Virus record (IMG/VR): IMGVR_UViG_2690316028_000012 | DNA: 11,390 bases | DNA from: a virus | Lineage: Duplodnaviria; Heunggongvirae; Uroviricota; Caudoviricetes | Strand: one strand, 5' to 3' | Shown here: one piece after another, positions 6,192 through 11,390 of the stretch | Position numbering within the stretch: the stretch's first letter is position 1 | How the letters are laid out: each line of letters begins with the position of its first letter | Notes under the pieces: model-generated | The model's input: the letters and a program-made list of their open reading frames with translations, nothing else | Told to the model about the DNA's origin: nothing | The model's database searches: none | Position numbers and translations under genes: made by a program

Positions 6192-8949
6192 TATCGACCT
6201 TATCCGCGAAGTGACCAGCGCCGCAGCAGGGCGCTGGCCTTATGTGCTGGCTGGATTGTCTATCGACGTGCCTGATTCATCGCGCCGCCATTCTCCATGC
6301 CCTGCATGTGGTGGAAAAGACCGTTTCAGATTCGACGACAACGGGCGCGGTAGCTTTATCTGCAACCAGTGTGGCGCTGGTGACGGGCTGGATTTAATCA
6401 AGCGGGTTAACAACTGCGACACTACGGAGGCGGCACAGCTTGCCGCTGACGTGCTGGGTATTGATTACCAGGCAGCGCAAACCGACCCGGTGGCAGCGAG
6501 CCATAGAAGAGAGCAACTGGAAGCTGACCGCCAGCAGCGTGAGCAGGAGCGCCAGAAACAGGCAGCAGAGGACGCAGAGCAGCGAAGGGCTACGTTTGCC
6601 CATCTGTATGCCGGAATGCGCCAGAGTGCCACACAGGGCGAATCTGATTACCTGCAATCAAAAGGGCTGACCGGGTTTAACTATCCGGTTATGCCGGATG
6701 GTTCGTTATTGCTGGAGCTGGTGGACGAATCCGGCGCAGTGGCAGCAGCGCAAACCATTACACCGCAGGGAGAGAAGCGACTCCTGACAGGTTCAGCAAA
6801 GCGCGGGGCATATCACGCCGTAAACGCGCCAGAATCGCCGCAGAGCGTTTTAATTGCCGAGGGGCTGGCAACCGCTTTATCAGTCCACCTGATGCGCCCT
6901 GACGCGCTGACAGTGTGCGCCATTGATGCGGGCAACCTGCTACCCGTTGCCGAAGTGATGCGCCGGATATATCCAGCCACGCAGATTATCATTGCCGCAG
7001 ATAACGACCACCAGCAGGACGAACAGGCGAACACGGGCAAAGATGCCGCAGAGAAAGCCGCCTTATCCGTGGCTGGCTGGGTGGCACTGCCGCCGACAGA
7101 CTACAAAGCCGACTGGGACGACTACCGCCAGCAAAACGGGCTGGAAGTCGCTACGGCTGCGTTTAACGATTCGATGTACCAGATTCAAGGGGAAGCCGTG
7201 AAACCGCGATTGCAAGCCATTGAGGGCGGTAAAACTGACCATCCAGAGAAAGATCCACTAAAACCCCACATTGAGAGCCGCAAAGATGGCGTTTTCTGGG
7301 TAACGCCGAAGGTGGACAAGGAAAGCGGGGAGATCGTCAACGCTGAAAGCTGGTTATGTTCCCCGTTGGAGGTTATCGGCACGGGACGCGACGACAAAGA
7401 TCAGTATCTTATTATCTCATGGCTGGCATTCGGTGCAGGCATACCGACAACAGCGGCTATCCCGCTGGCTGATATTGGCGAGCGTGAAGGCTGGCGCACC
7501 CTGAAAGCTGGTGGCGTCAACGTCACAACGAAAAACAGCCTACGGGCGATTCTTGCCGACTGGTTACAGCGAAGCGGCTCGCGTGAATTGTGGCGCGTTG
7601 CTCATGCTACAGGCTGGCAGTGCGGGGCATACATCATGCCGGACGGGGAAATCATCGGCACACCTGAGCGGCCTGTTTTGTTCAGCGGGCGCAGTTCAGC
7701 CGCTGCCGGGTATACCGTAGCAGGAACGTCGGAAAGCTGGCGTAACAGTGTTGCGCGGCTGGCATACGGTAATTACGCGATGATGACAGGCATCGCCGCA
7801 GCACTGGCAGCGCCATTAATCGGGGTGGCAGATCGTGACGGATTCGGGATTCATTTTTATGAGCAATCGAGCGCCGGGAAAACAACCACGCAGAACGTGG
7901 CGAGCAGTCTATACGGCAACCCTGATGCCTTGCGCCTGACGTGGTACGGGACGGCGCTGGGGCTGATAAACGAGGCCGCCGCCCACAATGACGGGCTGAT
8001 GCCACTGGATGAAGTCGGACAGGGCGCTGACCCGATAAGCGTTTCTCAGTCTGCCTATGCCCTGTTTAACGGCGTGGGGAAATTGCAGGGAGCAAAGGAA
8101 GGAGGCAACCGGGATCTGAAACGCTGGCGCACCGTGGCAATCAGCACCGGGGAAGTGGACTTAGAAACCTTCATCGCCACCGCCGGACGCAAGACCAAAG
8201 CCGGGCAACTGGTGCGCTTGCTGAATATCCCGTTAAGTAAGGCGGTGCGCTTTCATGAACACCAGACAGGGAAAGAACACGCCGACGCGCTGAAAGATGC
8301 TTATCAGCACCATCATGGCGCTGCCGGGAGGGAGTGGATCAGATGGCTTTCAGACCACCAGCAACAGGCGATTGATGTCGTTCGTGAGTGTGAAGCCCGC
8401 TGGCGCAGTCTAATCCCTGCCGACTATGGGGAACAGGTTCACCGTGTAGGGGCAAGATTTGCCATTCTGGAGGCCGCTTTACTGATGGGTGGCGTGGTTA
8501 CTGGCTGGGATGCTCAAACGTGCCGGGATGCGATACAGCACGCCTATAACGCATGGCTAAAAGAGTTCGGCACGGGGAACAAAGAGCACCAGCAGATCAT
8601 CGAGCAGGCGGAGGCATTTTTAAATGCCTATGGCCTGAGTCGATTCGCGCCGCTGCCTTACGACCCCGCCAGCCTGCCGATTCATAATCTGGCTGGATAC
8701 AGGCAGCGCGGAAATCATGACGATTCACCGATAACGTTTTACACGTTCCCCGACACTTTCGATAAGGATATTGCTAAGGGGTTTAACAGGCAGCAGGTGG
8801 CCCGCGTCCTGAAAGAATCGGGGATGCTTACCCCTTCGGCAGACGGAAAAAAATTTCAGAGGAAAAGCCCGCGCATTCAGGGGAGGCAGATTAACGTTTA
8901 CGTTTTGCAATTCCTGCCGGATGGGGAGGAAAGCCAGCCAGAGCAATAA
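6184..8949 (+). CDS. Replication primase-helicase (P4 alpha-like: zinc-ribbon + TOPRIM primase + DUF927/D5-type NTPase)
   Basis: Start placed at ATG 6184 (AGGAGG 5 nt upstream) rather than the tracker's 6151. C4 zinc ribbon CPACGGKDRFRF...FICNQCG. TOPRIM motifs LIAEGLATALS and IIIAADNDHQ. P-loop-like YEQSSAGKTT and Walker-B-like LMPLDEVG in the C-terminal half. Confidence 0.9.
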   Translation: MRNIDLIREVTSAAAGRWPYVLAGLSIDVPDSSRRHSPCPACGGKDRFRFDDNGRGSFICNQCGAGDGLDLIKRVNNCDTTEAAQLAADVLGIDYQAAQTDPVAASHRREQLEADRQQREQERQKQAAEDAEQRRATFAHLYAGMRQSATQGESDYLQSKGLTGFNYPVMPDGSLLLELVDESGAVAAAQTITPQGEKRLLTGSAKRGAYHAVNAPESPQSVLIAEGLATALSVHLMRPDALTVCAIDAGNLLPVAEVMRRIYPATQIIIAADNDHQQDEQANTGKDAAEKAALSVAGWVALPPTDYKADWDDYRQQNGLEVATAAFNDSMYQIQGEAVKPRLQAIEGGKTDHPEKDPLKPHIESRKDGVFWVTPKVDKESGEIVNAESWLCSPLEVIGTGRDDKDQYLIISWLAFGAGIPTTAAIPLADIGEREGWRTLKAGGVNVTTKNSLRAILADWLQRSGSRELWRVAHATGWQCGAYIMPDGEIIGTPERPVLFSGRSSAAAGYTVAGTSESWRNSVARLAYGNYAMMTGIAAALAAPLIGVADRDGFGIHFYEQSSAGKTTTQNVASSLYGNPDALRLTWYGTALGLINEAAAHNDGLMPLDEVGQGADPISVSQSAYALFNGVGKLQGAKEGGNRDLKRWRTVAISTGEVDLETFIATAGRKTKAGQLVRLLNIPLSKAVRFHEHQTGKEHADALKDAYQHHHGAAGREWIRWLSDHQQQAIDVVRECEARWRSLIPADYGEQVHRVGARFAILEAALLMGGVVTGWDAQTCRDAIQHAYNAWLKEFGTGNKEHQQIIEQAEAFLNAYGLSRFAPLPYDPASLPIHNLAGYRQRGNHDDSPITFYTFPDTFDKDIAKGFNRQQVARVLKESGMLTPSADGKKFQRKSPRIQGRQINVYVLQFLPDGEESQPEQ

Positions 8950-8975
8950 TCTTTTTCACGTGCGAGGTTTTTTGT

Positions 8976-9233
8976 GGTGGTTCAGGTGGTTCAGGTGGTT
9001 CAGTAAGTAATTGTTATTGATTTATAATGTTTTTTTGTAAGAAATTGAACCACCACTGAACCACCAAACGGGTATTTTGAACCACCAGAGAGAAACGGAT
9101 TATTTTCACTGGCTGGCAGTGAACCACCAAGAAGGGCGACTGAACCACCAGATAAATTTAAAAGGTGGTTCAGCAAAACCCAGAGTTGGCGCGGCCTAGA
9201 GGGGTACTGAACCACTGAACCACCTGAACCACC
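8976..9233. repeat. Iteron cluster (GGTGGTTCAG / CTGAACCACC, ~12 copies in both orientations) flanking an AT-rich segment; probable replication origin
   Basis: Forward copies at 8976, 8985, 8994 (tandem, 9-bp period) and 9164. Reverse copies at 9046, 9056, 9078, 9120, 9140, 9207 (partial), 9216, 9225. AT-rich stretch at 9004-9046. Sits immediately 3' of the primase gene. Confidence 0.8.
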
Positions 9234-9337
9234 AACTTTTTTGTTTATATACCAATAAATCTGGCGAAGGTGTCCCACAATAAGACGGAGCCGGGTAATC
9301 TTCATTAGCAAAACTAATAATTCGAGGTATTCGCAAA

Positions 9338-9799
9338 ATGACAGCACAGATATCAGCCTACGGGCGGCTGGTGGCAGATCCCCAGACCAGAACGACAAAC
9401 AGCGGCGGCAGCATGGCAATGGGACGGTTAGCGGTGGCACTGCCCTGCCATGCAGCAGAGGGCGGAGAGGTTACTTTCTGGCTGGGCGTGGTGGCATTCG
9501 GCAAACAGGCCGACGCACTGGCAGGGCACGTTAAAGGCGATTTAGTCAGTGTTGCCGGAGCGATGCAGATCAATCAGTGGACGGGCAAGGATGGCGGTAC
9601 ACAGCAAGGTTATCAGGTAGTAGCCGACAGTGTGATCAGCGCCAGAACGGTACGCCCCGGCGGGAAGCGGGCCGAATCAGTCAAAGCAAGCGGAGCCAGC
9701 AGAGGCCACGCAACACAATCCGCGCCGGGATGGGAGTTATATAACACCCCTGATGATTTTGACCAGCGCCCGCCGTTTGATGATGAAGATCCATTCTGA
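9338..9799 (+). CDS. ssb: Single-stranded DNA-binding protein (SSB)
   Basis: 153-aa ORF. OB-fold region aligns by eye with E. coli SSB (GRLVADPQTRTTNSGG; VVAFGKQADALAGHVKGDLVSVAGAMQINQWTGKDGG). Acidic C-terminal tail ends DDEDPF (canonical SSB tail is DDDIPF). Confidence 0.8.
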   Translation: MTAQISAYGRLVADPQTRTTNSGGSMAMGRLAVALPCHAAEGGEVTFWLGVVAFGKQADALAGHVKGDLVSVAGAMQINQWTGKDGGTQQGYQVVADSVISARTVRPGGKRAESVKASGASRGHATQSAPGWELYNTPDDFDQRPPFDDEDPF

Positions 9800-9810
9800 G
9801 GGGGATACAC

Positions 9811-10122
9811 ATGGTAAACGACAGGAAAGCCGAGGAACTGGAAGCAAAGGGGCTGTATCGCAGGGCAGCTACACGCTGGCAGGAAGTCATGATGATTTGT
9901 GCTGAGGACGATGATCGGGAATGGGTAAAGCAGCGACGTGATACGTGTCTGACGAACGTGAAGCGCCCGCCAGTGAAAACCGATGATTACGGCGATCTGC
10001 ATAAAGCAGTCACTGAGACACAACACCGCATGGGGATAGCGCAACCAAACGGCAACGCCTTCCGATTAAACGGTGGTAAGAAGCAACGACAGGCCACCAG
10101 CGGGGGCGACAGTTCGCAGTAA
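9811..10122 (+). CDS. PerC-family transcriptional regulator-like protein
   Basis: 103-aa ORF. N-terminus KAEELEAKGLYRRAATRWQEVMM matches the PerC/Pch family signature as recalled. RBS gaggggga upstream. Confidence 0.7.
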   Translation: MVNDRKAEELEAKGLYRRAATRWQEVMMICAEDDDREWVKQRRDTCLTNVKRPPVKTDDYGDLHKAVTETQHRMGIAQPNGNAFRLNGGKKQRQATSGGDSSQ

Positions 10123-10536
10123 GGTTCGCACCAAAACGGCTGTAAATTCTGTACTGTTCTTGACAGATTTTAAACCCTCGTAGCGCTAAACCCGCGCCAG
10201 TCGCGGGCTGGAAGCCAGAACGTGATTTAGGTTGTCCATAATATTCTGGTTCGCGCCACTGGTTCGCAGTACGCAGTCAGGTACGCGGCAAAACTGCGCA
10301 TTCAGCGTGCGTACCATCTGACGGATTCTAACGGCGGCAATGCGATTTGCGCAGTTCACAAAAAATCTGCGCAAAACGAAACGGATACCAATGCGCAAAC
10401 CATCCTCAACCCCGCGCGGTTACTGGCTTTATTGATGTGAAATTGCAAAATTGGTGCGCAATTTACAGTAAAATACGCATATTATTTCGTATTCAATTTG
10501 CGCACCGTTCGCAGTTAATGCGCAGTAATTCGCAGG
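10113..10536. repeat. Array of at least 10 TGCGCA / TTCGCAGT(A) motifs in a ~420-bp non-coding block; candidate regulator- or replication-protein-binding array
   Basis: TTCGCAGTAA at 10113; GGTTCGCACC at 10123; GGTTCGCGCC at 10248; GGTTCGCAGTA at 10261; TGCGCA at 10294; TGCGCAGT at 10348; TGCGCAAA at 10368 and 10392; TGCGCAAT at 10455; TGCGCAC at 10499; TTCGCAGTT at 10508; TGCGCAGTAA at 10519; TTCGCAGG at 10529. Also a TTGACA at 10160 and a GC palindrome CCCGCG-ccagt-CGCGGG at 10191-10207. Confidence 0.5.
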
Positions 10537-10546
10537 AGGCCAGCCA

Positions 10547-10747
10547 GTGAGAGACAGAACGCGCAGCTATACCACCGACCTGCCCCGTATAGGGTTGCCA
10601 TTCCTTACGAACATGCGTCGCAGGCTGACGGACGCCGAACCGGGTACACAGCTTTATACCCAGACCGAAAGCGGAACGTTGTATACCTTCCGGCAAGCCG
10701 ACAGCTACGCCATTGCCGCCCAGTCGGCATTATCTGGAAGGGAATAG
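10547..10747 (+). CDS. Small hypothetical protein (66 aa), GTG start
   Basis: AGGAGG at 10534-10539, 7 nt upstream of GTG 10547. No recognisable motif. Confidence 0.4.
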   Translation: MRDRTRSYTTDLPRIGLPFLTNMRRRLTDAEPGTQLYTQTESGTLYTFRQADSYAIAAQSALSGRE

Positions 10748-10750
10748 CTT

Positions 10751-10769
10751 GCAATTGATAATCATTATC
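10751..10769. promoter_or_regulatory. Fur-box-like palindrome (gcaattGATAATCATTATC)
   Basis: 16 of 19 positions match the Fur consensus GATAATGATAATCATTATC, with a perfect GATAAT-c-ATTATC inverted hexamer core. Target transcript unknown. Confidence 0.4.
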
Positions 10770-11030
10770 TTTTCGGGTCCTTTCCGGCGATCCGCCCTGT
10801 TACGGGGCGGCGTCCGCGCAGATTCTCGATATATATGAGAATTTTTCTGGTTTTTGCCGTTTCCGTTCTTCTTCATGCTATCTCTCTGTTTTTGCAGGAA
10901 ACACACCCTCAAAAGAAAGGGAATGGCTAGGCCTTAAAAACGGTAATTTTCCATTTGTTGTTTCCTTTCTCTGTTTTTCGCCTGGAGTTCGTCATGGAGG
11001 TTAATAAAAAACGCCCTGTGAATCATCGCT

Positions 11031-11390
11031 TTAACCAACCCGCTCGCATTCTCCATCAATCGCGTTATCAGCGCCGCCAGTATCGCGCATAACAGCACAT
11101 TGACCGGGTAAACCATAGCGCACGACCGTTGCGTTAGTTTCACCGCCACGCTTTACCTGACGAGATTCATACACTGTCACACGCCCCAGTAGCCCACCGG
11201 CAACCATGCTTTCGAGCGTGCGCCGTGTAGATTCGAGCTGGTGGCGCTTATCGAACGACACCATGCCATGAAGCAGGTAGGCCACACCCGACACATCGAA
11301 CGGCGGCGCACCAATCTCACCCGTCACCAATTCGAGGTTATCCGGCTCAAAGTAGCTGAGTATCATCTTTTTACGGCTGGTCATTCTCAT
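11031..11390 (-). CDS. Hypothetical protein (119 aa), convergent with the island genes; start coincides with the window edge, so the N-terminus may be cut
   Basis: Intact 360-nt minus-strand ORF with ordinary GC content. Not recognised by eye. Confidence 0.5.
   Translation of the reverse strand: MRMTSRKKMILSYFEPDNLELVTGEIGAPPFDVSGVAYLLHGMVSFDKRHQLESTRRTLESMVAGGLLGRVTVYESRQVKRGGETNATVVRYGLPGQCAVMRDTGGADNAIDGECERVG

Larger units (their letters stand above)
1..10747 (+). mobile_element. Integrated phage satellite / phage-inducible chromosomal island (P4-like or PICI-like), integrase-proximal part; right boundary not determined and may lie beyond or before 10747
   Basis: Gene order int - alpA - antirepressor - primase/helicase - iteron origin - ssb, all co-oriented with tight or overlapping gene junctions. 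The att site and flanking tRNA are not in the window, since int starts at base 1. Confidence 0.6.

Noticed and set aside
6240-8946. Multiple 60-107 aa ORFs on both strands within the primase gene
   Set aside because: All nested inside the 921-aa primase-helicase CDS, which has clear domain motifs. Their translations are low-complexity.
8950-8975. Possible terminator after the primase stop (ctttttcacgtgcgaggtttttt)
   Set aside because: It has a T-run but no convincing GC-rich stem; CACGTG is a self-palindrome only. Left uncalled.
9000-9440. 146-aa minus-strand ORF
   Set aside because: Runs through the iteron array, so its GGS-rich translation is a product of the repeats, and it overlaps the ssb start on the opposite strand.
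9613-10044. 143-aa and 69-aa minus-strand ORFs over ssb and the PerC-like gene
   Set aside because: Antisense to two motif-supported + strand genes, with no start context.
10730-11149. 60-aa and 71-aa minus-strand ORFs in the right-end intergenic region
   Set aside because: Basic, low-complexity translations without RBS. One overlaps the 3' end of the 119-aa gene and the other runs through the Fur-box-like site.
1-11390. tRNA gene or att direct repeat, and CRISPR array
   Set aside because: No tRNA-like T-arm or acceptor pattern and no regularly spaced repeat-spacer structure were found by eye. The expected tRNA/attL would lie upstream of base 1, so attR cannot be identified from this window alone.

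Overview
This window reads as the integrase-proximal ~11 kb of an integrated enterobacterial phage satellite or phage-inducible island (P4-like / PICI-like), with nearly all genes on the + strand. In order: a complete P4-type tyrosine integrase starting at base 1; a visibly AT-rich stand-alone cargo gene with its own terminator; an AlpA regulator; an operon of overlapping genes (AntA-domain antirepressor, small proteins, an Icd-like ORF, four unknown ORFs) ending in a large primase-helicase; an iteron-type origin; then an SSB and a PerC-family regulator. The right end holds a block dense in TGCGCA/TTCGCAGT motifs, a small GTG-initiated ORF, a Fur-box-like palindrome and a convergent minus-strand gene. 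I saw no tRNA, rRNA or CRISPR array. The best candidates for something undescribed are the low-GC cargo gene next to int, an apparently non-coding ~500 bp stretch inside the operon (internal terminator plus direct/inverted repeats, possibly a P4-CI-like immunity RNA), and the right-end motif array. All product calls come from motifs read by eye; no database search was run, and GC differences are visual estimates.
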